IMG/VR virus record: IMGVR_UViG_3300005512_000285
Span: 1 to 26,372 of that record
Length of the DNA: 26,372 nucleotides
DNA from: a virus
Lineage: Duplodnaviria; Caudoviricetes
Reading direction: 5' to 3' (one strand)
A model generated the notes under the pieces. It was not told the origin of the DNA. It saw nothing but the letters and a program-made list of their open reading frames with translations, and ran no database searches. The stretch's first letter is position 1. Each line of letters begins with the position of its first letter. This document shows positions 1 through 7,618 of this stretch, one piece after another. Both the position numbers and the translations under genes were made by a program.

Positions 1-2
1 AA

Positions 3-251
3 TATCCACTTATTCAAGAAGGCGAGAAAATCAAGTTTTTGAATATGAGAACACCAAACAGAATGTCATCTAATGTAATTTCCTTTATGACAAAATTACC
101 AAAAGAACTTGACATTCATTCACATTTAGACTATGATACACAGTTCGATAAGGCATTTGTTGAACCACTTACATTCATTCTTGATCAGATTGGATGGACA
201 GTGGATCGTTCTTATGGAACACAAATGACACTTGAGGACTTTTTTACATGA
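3..251 (+). CDS. 43: DNA polymerase, family B (T4 gp43-like), C-terminal fragment truncated by window edge
   Basis: Frame open from nt 3: YPLIQEGEKIKFLNMRTPN...LDYDTQFDKAFVEPLTFILDQIGW...TLEDFFT*, typical gp43 C-terminus ending in a clamp-binding-like LxxFF tail; replication gene context. Confidence 0.9.
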   Translation, partial: YPLIQEGEKIKFLNMRTPNRMSSNVISFMTKLPKELDIHSHLDYDTQFDKAFVEPLTFILDQIGWTVDRSYGTQMTLEDFFT

Positions 252-1534
252 GCAATAAAACAGAAATAAATACAGAACTATATGAACTGTTGAAAGAGTG
301 TGCAAACAATAATGGTTTGCCTATAATGAACAAATCTTTGTTTATTGCTACGACAGAAAAGTATGGTAAAGAATTATTTCGTTCTACTCTTGCAGAATAT
401 ATTACAAGAGAGAAGCCACCATATCCACTAAAACAATTTAATCAACAAAAGGTTATTGAGAACTTTCGTAAATTAGAAAAGGCAAAGTTTACAGATTACA
501 TTTATATTCCAACAAAAGATGTTGTTGAGAAATATGATGACTACAAATATTCATATGCAGAATATGGACTAGGTTTTATTGACGGCCCATCCACATTTAA
601 CTATTGTGCAGATTCATTTATGAATGACTTGCGTATGCGTTGTGGTTCGTATGGTTTCAAAGCACCAGTTACACGATGGGAAGACGGTGATAATATTTGG
701 GGTGCATTCGGCCCTATTTGGCGAGGTGTTAATGATGCAAAAGAACTTACACCTAAAACTTATACAATGGCATTTCGTCTAGGAACTTATATTGCAACAC
801 AGTTCAAACCTATTGTTGCGAAAACAATTTATGATATGACTAGAGCAAAAACCGTATTGGACACTTCTATGGGTTGGGGTGATAGACTTACTGGTTTTTA
901 TGCCTCTAATGCAACACATTATATTGGTTGCGACCCTAACCCAAATACATTTGAGCGTTATCATAAGATGATTGCGTTTTATGACCAGATTTATGACAAA
1001 TCAAGAGGTAAAAAGTCTGTTCAAATTTTTAACTGTGGAGCAGAAGACTTGCCTTGGGAAAGAATCAAGGATGTTGATTGTGCATTTACATCCCCCCCAT
1101 ATTTTTCGACTGAACGATACAATGAAGGTGGTGAAAAAGAAGAACTACAGTCGTGGGCAAAATACAATGAGTATGAAGCTTGGAGAGATGATTTCTACTT
1201 ACCTGTTGCACAAAATAGTTTCAACTCATTGAGTGAGAGGGGTGTATTACTCGTCAACATTCTTGATCCTAAAGTTCACGGTAAAAGATATCGCTCTGGT
1301 GATGAACTAGTAGATATGCTTCGTCCTAATTTCTTAGGACAGATAGGATATCGTATAATGCAACGTCCACAAGGAGCATCCGTATTTAAAGATGATGAAG
1401 GTAATTTTGACAAAGATGCAATGGATGAGTTTATGAACAAACTCTATATGGAAAATGTCTGGTGTTTTGGTAAAGATACTTCAGTTGATTTATTCAAAGA
1501 CATTAAAGTTAATACATTGGAGGCTTTCTTTTGA
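248..1534 (+). CDS. SAM-dependent amino-DNA methyltransferase (m4C or m6A)
   Basis: Motif I-like VLDTSMGWGDRL, motif II-like YIGCDPN, motif IV FTSPPY; ATGA overlap with the gp43 stop. Confidence 0.8.
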   Translation: MSNKTEINTELYELLKECANNNGLPIMNKSLFIATTEKYGKELFRSTLAEYITREKPPYPLKQFNQQKVIENFRKLEKAKFTDYIYIPTKDVVEKYDDYKYSYAEYGLGFIDGPSTFNYCADSFMNDLRMRCGSYGFKAPVTRWEDGDNIWGAFGPIWRGVNDAKELTPKTYTMAFRLGTYIATQFKPIVAKTIYDMTRAKTVLDTSMGWGDRLTGFYASNATHYIGCDPNPNTFERYHKMIAFYDQIYDKSRGKKSVQIFNCGAEDLPWERIKDVDCAFTSPPYFSTERYNEGGEKEELQSWAKYNEYEAWRDDFYLPVAQNSFNSLSERGVLLVNILDPKVHGKRYRSGDELVDMLRPNFLGQIGYRIMQRPQGASVFKDDEGNFDKDAMDEFMNKLYMENVWCFGKDTSVDLFKDIKVNTLEAFF

Positions 1535-1974
1535 GACATATAACAGAAAATGATTTTGATGAGGCATGGAAAATATTTGATGAGAATAAAGAATGGTTTC
1601 CTCATGTAAGAAAATCTCATGTAAGAGTTAGAATCTTTAGGAAACAAATTATTATACACGATAATGTTTTGATAACATATCATCAAAATAAAAACAATAG
1701 AAAGATAGGTAGACTTACAGATGTTTCTGTTACAGCTGGTTCTCATGTTATCCATCAGATTATCAATGCAACCAAAGGCAAAGGTAATGCTGAAAAAGTT
1801 ATTAAAGAGTTTTTCGATTTTGTAGGAACGGATGTTTATCTTACAGTTCGTTCTGAAAACATTCCAGCAAATAGATTTTATGAAAAGGTTGGAATGGAAA
1901 AGGTTGGCTACATAAACTGGTCAGAAGGAAAAATGCCAGGCAATGTTTGGAAAAAGTCCTTGACAAATACTTAA
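1531..1974 (+). CDS. GNAT-family N-acetyltransferase
   Basis: Acetyl-CoA binding loop KGKGNA and C-terminal GNAT motif LTVRSENIPANRFYEKVGM; TTG start overlapping the upstream stop. Confidence 0.75.
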   Translation: MRHITENDFDEAWKIFDENKEWFPHVRKSHVRVRIFRKQIIIHDNVLITYHQNKNNRKIGRLTDVSVTAGSHVIHQIINATKGKGNAEKVIKEFFDFVGTDVYLTVRSENIPANRFYEKVGMEKVGYINWSEGKMPGNVWKKSLTNT

Positions 1975-1988
1975 TATTCTAGTATTAT
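1960..1988 (+). promoter_or_regulatory. sigma70-type (early) promoter for the DUF262/HNH gene
   Basis: TTGACA (1960-1965), 17-nt spacer, TATTAT (1983-1988). Confidence 0.8.
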
Positions 1989-1996
1989 GTAGCAAT

Positions 1997-2034
1997 AGTC
2001 ATAGTGGTAAGGATGACTCTAAAAAAACTGCCAC
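1997..2034 (+). promoter_or_regulatory. Candidate H-type pseudoknot in the 5' leader
   Basis: AGTCAT 1997-2002 pairs ATGACT 2013-2018; loop GTGGTA 2004-2009 can pair TGCCAC 2029-2034 (one G-U); A-rich linker 2019-2028. Confidence 0.45.
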
Positions 2035-2088
2035 AATTGGAATGTGTATGCAATAGTGCAACACTCAATCAGACGGAAGGAAAAAGTT

Positions 2089-3591
2089 ATGTCTATTATA
2101 ATCCATCAAGGCGTGTCATTTCAGCGTGGAGTAATCAAACTGAAAGACCTATATTATGAAGTATCAAAGGGTAAAGATACCATTGGATCAAAGTTCTCTA
2201 CAATTTCGGGCGTTTTGCAGAGATTGTCTCAAGTAGAGGCATGGAAGAAAAACGATTACCAGCGTGCGAAAGAATACCTTTATACTGTTCTAACTGGAGC
2301 TTCCATCTTAGATCAGTTTATTCTTGTTCCTGCTAGTTTGGTTTTGAAATCACTGAAAAGAAAAGCTGAGTTTGATGCTGGTGATACTCCAAAAGAAGTA
2401 TGGAAAGAAACGATAAACCAAATTAAAAAGGATATTGATAATGGAACAATGTTTTACATTATTGATGGACAAAATCGTTGTATGAACGCTATCGTTCCAT
2501 TTTTCGATAATATTCTTGCACTAGGTTCTGCTCCAATTACTGGAACTGCATCAGATGGAAGTGAAATTTTCTTTCAAGGGAAAAAGTATGAAGAATTTAC
2601 AGATGAAATGAAAGAGTATGTTGACAACATCGAAATGAGTCTTATTGTTGCTAACAAAGGACAGATTGATGATTTCACTAGTGCTCTTATTGCAAAGAAT
2701 GAAGGACTGCCGTGGGAAGAATGGATGAAGAAGATGACAGTAAAGTGGTGGACACCATATCGCCGTCAAATTCATTCTGTTTCAAATCATCCACAAGTTA
2801 GAGAAACTCTGAATAAAATCTCTGGACAGGCATATATGTATGAGAAAAACGGGCACGATCTTATTGTGTCAGAACTTCTTATCTGGATGAATTCAAAATT
2901 TCAACCAAATAAAGTAGATGAACATCTTTCATATTTTGATGGAAGGCAGAAGATTTCCGATTCTAAAATCAAAAAGTTGATAAGTTACATCGTGGAATTT
3001 GGAAAAGGATATAAGAAGTTTAAGTCAGTGACAAATGTAGAGTTTCGTAATTATATTATGACTCGTTATGCTCTCGATCATCCATCAGAGTTTTCAAACA
3101 TCTTAATTCCAAACTGGACTATTAAAATGTATGTTGATTTCACCAATGAGTTTCGTATTGCAAACGGAGCCTTAAAGGATGATGCAAACAATTGGGATTA
3201 TGTTAAAGTCGCTGGAAAAACTGAAAAGAGATCTAGAGTTGGACAGTATGTTTGGGCGTGTGGTAAGTCAGAAAATAATCGTATCGAAGCTCGTTTGAGG
3301 TTGATTTTTGATTATATGCAAAATGTTCGTGGAGATCATCTCTTTAAAAAGAATATCGTTGTTTCAAAAGGAAGTTCTACATTGCCTTCACTTGAAGCTG
3401 TTTATGCGAACAATCCAAATACATATGGAGATTTTCTTTCAGACATTCGTGCTACAGAAGTTACTCCAGAGAAGTATGATCGTGGACATATTGTTTCTAA
3501 ACATAATGGTGGTTCTAACGACATAGATAATTTGGTTGTTCAAGAAAAAGGACACAACCGTTCAACACAAGAGGAAAACCTTACAGTATGA
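2089..3591 (+). CDS. DUF262/ParB-like N-terminal domain plus C-terminal HNH nuclease (GmrSD-like architecture)
   Basis: LQR...W and YIIDGQNR (DGQxR-type) motifs; C-terminal DRGHIVSKHNGGSNDIDNL...HNRS HNH motif. Start moved from 2044 to ATG 2089, which follows purine-rich GGAAGG. Confidence 0.7.
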   Translation: MSIIIHQGVSFQRGVIKLKDLYYEVSKGKDTIGSKFSTISGVLQRLSQVEAWKKNDYQRAKEYLYTVLTGASILDQFILVPASLVLKSLKRKAEFDAGDTPKEVWKETINQIKKDIDNGTMFYIIDGQNRCMNAIVPFFDNILALGSAPITGTASDGSEIFFQGKKYEEFTDEMKEYVDNIEMSLIVANKGQIDDFTSALIAKNEGLPWEEWMKKMTVKWWTPYRRQIHSVSNHPQVRETLNKISGQAYMYEKNGHDLIVSELLIWMNSKFQPNKVDEHLSYFDGRQKISDSKIKKLISYIVEFGKGYKKFKSVTNVEFRNYIMTRYALDHPSEFSNILIPNWTIKMYVDFTNEFRIANGALKDDANNWDYVKVAGKTEKRSRVGQYVWACGKSENNRIEARLRLIFDYMQNVRGDHLFKKNIVVSKGSSTLPSLEAVYANNPNTYGDFLSDIRATEVTPEKYDRGHIVSKHNGGSNDIDNLVVQEKGHNRSTQEENLTV

Positions 3592-3884
3592 AAGAAGGAA
3601 CAATAGTGACTATTTTATTTGCCAACGGAATGGAAATCGTTGGCAAATACATATTTGAGGATATGGTAAACTATACCATCTACAAACCAAGATTAGTTCA
3701 AGTTACTCAACAAGGACTCGGTCTGATCAACGGCGTCTGTGCCACTGCCAAAGAACCAAAATCTAATATGCAGTTTCCAAAACAAAACATTTTGTTTATT
3801 GCAGAAACCGCTGAAGAAATTGCTAATGGGTGGTCTGCTCAAACAAGTGGATTGTCTTTGCCAACAAAAGGACTTATTAGTTAA
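3588..3884 (+). CDS. Hypothetical protein, possibly small Sm-like beta-barrel
   Basis: 98-aa ORF coupled to both neighbours by overlapping stop/start; VTILFANGMEIVGKY pattern. Confidence 0.6.
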   Translation: MKEGTIVTILFANGMEIVGKYIFEDMVNYTIYKPRLVQVTQQGLGLINGVCATAKEPKSNMQFPKQNILFIAETAEEIANGWSAQTSGLSLPTKGLIS

Positions 3885-4429
3885 TGGATAAGTTTATTAA
3901 AGTATATGACAATGTTATTAGTGGAGATTTTGCAAAACAACTTATTGCAATGTTTGAGGAATCGCCAGAACACCATGAAAATATTTCATTGGATGGCCAT
4001 CGTTCATTTACTCAAATAACTTTGCAGAATTATCCAGAATGGAAACCATTTTGTCCAGTATTACAACAAGTCTTTTTTGACTATATAGATCGTTATTGTA
4101 AAGATTGTAATGTTAATGACAAAATGTTTCCACAACAATTTGCATTTGAACAATTTCGTATGAAACGATATATGCCAAATGGTGTGGATGAGTTTGCACC
4201 TCATGTGGATGTTGGGAACTATGAATCTGCTCGCCGATTTTTGGTCTTTTTCCTCTATCTTGACACGAACAAAGCGGGACATACTACATTTCCACAATGG
4301 AATATTGAAGTTAAACCAGAAACAGGTAGGATGCTGATTTTTCCCCCAATGTGGACACATCTCCATGCTGGAACGAAACCAGTAGAAAAACCTAAGTACA
4401 TTATAGGAAGCTATCTACACCATGTCTGA
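3884..4429 (+). CDS. 2OG-Fe(II) oxygenase (prolyl-4-hydroxylase-like)
   Basis: HxD (FAPHVD), RFLVFFLYL strand, GxTxF, G-R-x-L-I-F-P, distal His (THLHAG) and KYI 2OG-binding motif. Confidence 0.85.
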   Translation: MDKFIKVYDNVISGDFAKQLIAMFEESPEHHENISLDGHRSFTQITLQNYPEWKPFCPVLQQVFFDYIDRYCKDCNVNDKMFPQQFAFEQFRMKRYMPNGVDEFAPHVDVGNYESARRFLVFFLYLDTNKAGHTTFPQWNIEVKPETGRMLIFPPMWTHLHAGTKPVEKPKYIIGSYLHHV

Positions 4430-4730
4430 TATTCGTAAGATGTATACATTCGTAGAAAATAAAGATAAAAACTGGCAGTGTGTTGGACTCACTGCTGATG
4501 CTGGTAAATATCAAGGATTGGTTTATCAGTATGGAGAAGTTAAGATTATTGAGAATAAAGAAAAAACAGAAGCTTCTTTACAATTCGATTATGATGTGGT
4601 AGATTCAAACGGACTACCAGAAGAGATGTTAGATGATGACCTATATAACCTTATGGGAGATATTTTGGTAGACATTATTGAACAACAAGTAAACAAGGGC
4701 GAAATACAGTATGTCAACACAGACGATTGA
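4422..4730 (+). CDS. Acidic hypothetical protein immediately upstream of gp41
   Basis: 102-aa ORF overlapping both neighbours; same position as T4 gp40 but homology not established. Confidence 0.65.
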   Translation: MSDIRKMYTFVENKDKNWQCVGLTADAGKYQGLVYQYGEVKIIENKEKTEASLQFDYDVVDSNGLPEEMLDDDLYNLMGDILVDIIEQQVNKGEIQYVNTDD

Positions 4731-6123
4731 ACGAACTACACTTAGTAACTTAATTCATAATGAACCTTTTGCAAGAAAGGCCTTGCCTTTTATCAAACCA
4801 GAGTATTTTTCTAATCGTCACGAAAGAGTTGTATTTGAAGAAATCAACAAGTTTATGGAGAAATATGGCAATCAACCTACTAAAGAAGCTCTCTCTATTG
4901 AACTTGACAACAGAAAAGATTTGAATGAAGAAGAGTTCAAGTCTATTCTAAATATTGTCGAAACTCTATCTGATGCAGAGGTTGATCTTCAGTGGTTACT
5001 GGATTCGACAGAAAAGTTTTGTAAGGATAAGGCAGTCTACAATGCCATCCTCAGTGGTATTCAGATTATTGAAGGAAAAGATAAACAACAAACCGCTGAA
5101 GCAATTCCATCTATTTTGTCAGATGCACTTGCAGTTGCATTTGATCAGAATGTTGGACACGATTATGTAGAAGATGGTGAAGAACGATTTGAGTTCTATC
5201 ACAAGAAAGAAGAGAAAATAGAGTTCGACTTGGAATACTTCAACAAGATTACCAAAGGCGGACTACCACAGAAAACTTTGAACATTGCACTTGCTGGAAC
5301 AGGTGTCGGCAAATCCTTACTAATGGTACATATGGCTGCGGCAACACTTATGCAAGGAAAGAATGTTCTATACATTACTTTGGAGATGGCAGAAGAACGG
5401 ATTGCAGAAAGAATTGATGCGAATCTAATGAACATCACTATGGATGACTTACACGAGTTGCCCAAAAAGATGTTTACTGATCGCCTCTCCAAGATTCAAA
5501 CAAAGACCAACGGAAAGTTAATTATCAAAGAATACCCAACTGCATCTGCTCACACTGGACATTTCAGAAGTTTGATTAAAGAACTGGCACTAAAGAAATC
5601 ATTTAGACCCGATATTATCTTTATCGACTATTTGAACATCTGTGCCTCATCTAGATTTAAGGGGAATGCAAATGTCGGATCTTACTTCTATATCAAGGCG
5701 ATTGCCGAAGAACTTAGAGGGCTTGCAGTGGAAAATAATGTGCCGATTATGTCAGCGACACAAACTACTCGTGGAGGTTACTCAAACTCAGATGTGGGTT
5801 TGGAAGATACATCAGAGAGTTTTGGTTTGCCTGCTACGGCTGACCTCATGTTTGCTCTCATATCAACGGAAGATTTGGAAAGTCTAAACCAGTTAATGGT
5901 TAAACAGTTGAAGAACAGATATAATGATCCTGGCGCTAACAAAAGATTTGTTATCGGTATTGACAGGGCGAGAATGAAACTATATGATTGCGAACAGGAA
6001 GCACAAAATGACATTATTGACAGTGGACAGGAAGATGACACACCAGCATTTGATAAAACGACTTTCGGAGTGGGTCTTGGAAAGAACAAGGCTTATGAGA
6101 AATTTTCGGACATCAAAGTATAA
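4711..6123 (+). CDS. 41: Replicative DNA helicase (T4 gp41, DnaB-like)
   Basis: Walker A AGTGVGKS, YITLEMAEERIAERID, Walker B IIFIDYL, SATQTTR, SESFGLPATAD, KQLKNRY. Confidence 0.97.
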   Translation: MSTQTIERTTLSNLIHNEPFARKALPFIKPEYFSNRHERVVFEEINKFMEKYGNQPTKEALSIELDNRKDLNEEEFKSILNIVETLSDAEVDLQWLLDSTEKFCKDKAVYNAILSGIQIIEGKDKQQTAEAIPSILSDALAVAFDQNVGHDYVEDGEERFEFYHKKEEKIEFDLEYFNKITKGGLPQKTLNIALAGTGVGKSLLMVHMAAATLMQGKNVLYITLEMAEERIAERIDANLMNITMDDLHELPKKMFTDRLSKIQTKTNGKLIIKEYPTASAHTGHFRSLIKELALKKSFRPDIIFIDYLNICASSRFKGNANVGSYFYIKAIAEELRGLAVENNVPIMSATQTTRGGYSNSDVGLEDTSESFGLPATADLMFALISTEDLESLNQLMVKQLKNRYNDPGANKRFVIGIDRARMKLYDCEQEAQNDIIDSGQEDDTPAFDKTTFGVGLGKNKAYEKFSDIKV

Positions 6124-6301
6124 CAAAACCCCAGACTATTTTGTAAATCAGAATGGTAATAGATGGGAAGTGGTAGAATTTCCTACCAATGATGTTGTAC
6201 GAACCTTTAATAAAAAGACTGAGGCAGAGATGTTCTCAGACCAACTTAGAAGAGTTAAACCCTTTGGAGACAAAACGCTTCCAAAGTTTCTAAAAGAGTA
6301 G
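6095..6301 (+). CDS. Small hypothetical protein (68 aa)
   Basis: MRNFRTSKYNKTPDYFV...LPKFLKE*; ATG 6095 preferred to 5984, which overlaps gp41 extensively. Confidence 0.55.
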   Translation: MRNFRTSKYNKTPDYFVNQNGNRWEVVEFPTNDVVRTFNKKTEAEMFSDQLRRVKPFGDKTLPKFLKE

Positions 6302-6303
6302 TA

Positions 6304-6337
6304 TTGACATAGTTGGACGGTTGTGTTATTATAAATA
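6304..6337 (+). promoter_or_regulatory. Overlapping sigma70 promoter and T4-type late promoter
   Basis: TTGACA 6304-6309, 17 nt, TATTAT 6327-6332; T4 late consensus TATAAATA at 6330-6337. Confidence 0.75.
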
Positions 6338-6376
6338 GTAATGACAACAACTTTGTATAAATGGAAACTGTGTTAA

Positions 6377-7618
6377 ATGCTAAACTTTTCGGGATTTCTC
6401 ACCGAAGATAAAGGTGGGAAGAATCTACACCTAGAACATATCGAAGATGAAATTTTAAATTTCGGAATTGATGGCGGCCGTGCTTCCATCAATTTTGTTC
6501 GTTCTCTTAGAGATATGTTAGCAGGTGCATCTCGTTCATCTGTAAATATGACTGTCAAGTGGGATGGAGCTCCAGCAATCTTTGCTGGTATCGACCCAGA
6601 AGACGGTAAGTTCTTTGTTGCAAAGAAATCAGTTTTCAACGTAAATCCAAAACTATACAAATCTGCTTCAGAAGTTGACGCAGACGTTTCTGGTGCATTG
6701 AACTCTAAGTTCAAAACTGCACTTGCAGAGTTTTCTAAGTTGGGCATTAAAGGTGTTCTTCAAGGAGACTTGATGTTCACTGACGATGTTGACACCACAA
6801 TAATTGATGGTAAATCATTTTATACATTTCAACCAAACACAATTGTATATGCAGTTGATGTAAACTCAGACTTGGGTAAACAAATCAAGAATGCAAAGAT
6901 TGGTGTAGTGTGGCACACCACATATTCTGGAAATGCACTACAAGATATGAAAGCATCATTTGGTGCAAACATCAGTGGATTAAATAAAGCATCCACAGTT
7001 TGGATGGATGATGCAACTTATAAAGATGTATCTGGTAAAGCTACAATGACTGCCGCAGAAACCGAAAAGGTTACTGCATCACTATCTTCTGCTGGTTCTA
7101 CATTCAGAACAATTAACTCTGCACTACTTACAAAGTTCCTTACATTACAAAATGGATTCACTGGTAATCTTGCTGGTGCATCTCTAAAAACTTACAACAA
7201 TAGTAAGGTAAGACAAGGACAAAAGATTACTAATGCAAAGGCTCATGCTACTGGTTATTTGGCATGGGTTGAAGATGCGTTTCAAAAACAAATTGATAAA
7301 CTCAAGACACCAAAAAATAAAGAAGTGCTTGAGGTAAAGAAGAAAGAAACTATTCGTGAATTAAAGAAACACACTACTAATCTTGCAAATATTATCACAT
7401 TTCAGAATCACATTGTTGATGCAAAGATGGGTATCGTAAGTAAACTAAATACTGTTAAGAGTATTGGAACTTTTATTAAGACTTCTAATGGATTTAAAGT
7501 TGTTAATCCAGAAGGATATGTTGCTATTGATAGGGTTTCTGGAAATGCAGTCAAATTAGTAGATAGAATGGAATTTAGTTTCAATAACTTTACTGCGATA
7601 AAGGCATGGGATAAATGA
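6377..7618 (+). CDS. Conserved phage protein with ATP-dependent ligase / covalent nucleotidyltransferase motifs
   Basis: Motif I TVKWDGAP (KxDG), motif III-like LQGDLMF, motif IV-like PEGYVA, motif V-like AVKLVDR; N-terminus MLNFSGFLTE. Confidence 0.6.
   Translation: MLNFSGFLTEDKGGKNLHLEHIEDEILNFGIDGGRASINFVRSLRDMLAGASRSSVNMTVKWDGAPAIFAGIDPEDGKFFVAKKSVFNVNPKLYKSASEVDADVSGALNSKFKTALAEFSKLGIKGVLQGDLMFTDDVDTTIIDGKSFYTFQPNTIVYAVDVNSDLGKQIKNAKIGVVWHTTYSGNALQDMKASFGANISGLNKASTVWMDDATYKDVSGKATMTAAETEKVTASLSSAGSTFRTINSALLTKFLTLQNGFTGNLAGASLKTYNNSKVRQGQKITNAKAHATGYLAWVEDAFQKQIDKLKTPKNKEVLEVKKKETIRELKKHTTNLANIITFQNHIVDAKMGIVSKLNTVKSIGTFIKTSNGFKVVNPEGYVAIDRVSGNAVKLVDRMEFSFNNFTAIKAWDK

Noticed and set aside
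1997-2034. Calling the leader pseudoknot a preQ1 riboswitch
   Set aside because: Topology and A-tract are similar but the conserved loop sequence is not evident and the downstream gene is unrelated to queuosine; kept only as an unassigned structure.
3884-4429. TET/JBP-type DNA base oxidase assignment for the oxygenase
   Set aside because: Motifs match the common P4H-like phage oxygenases; DNA substrate unsupported.
4422-4730. Assignment as T4 gp40
   Set aside because: Only positional similarity; no sequence motif recognised.
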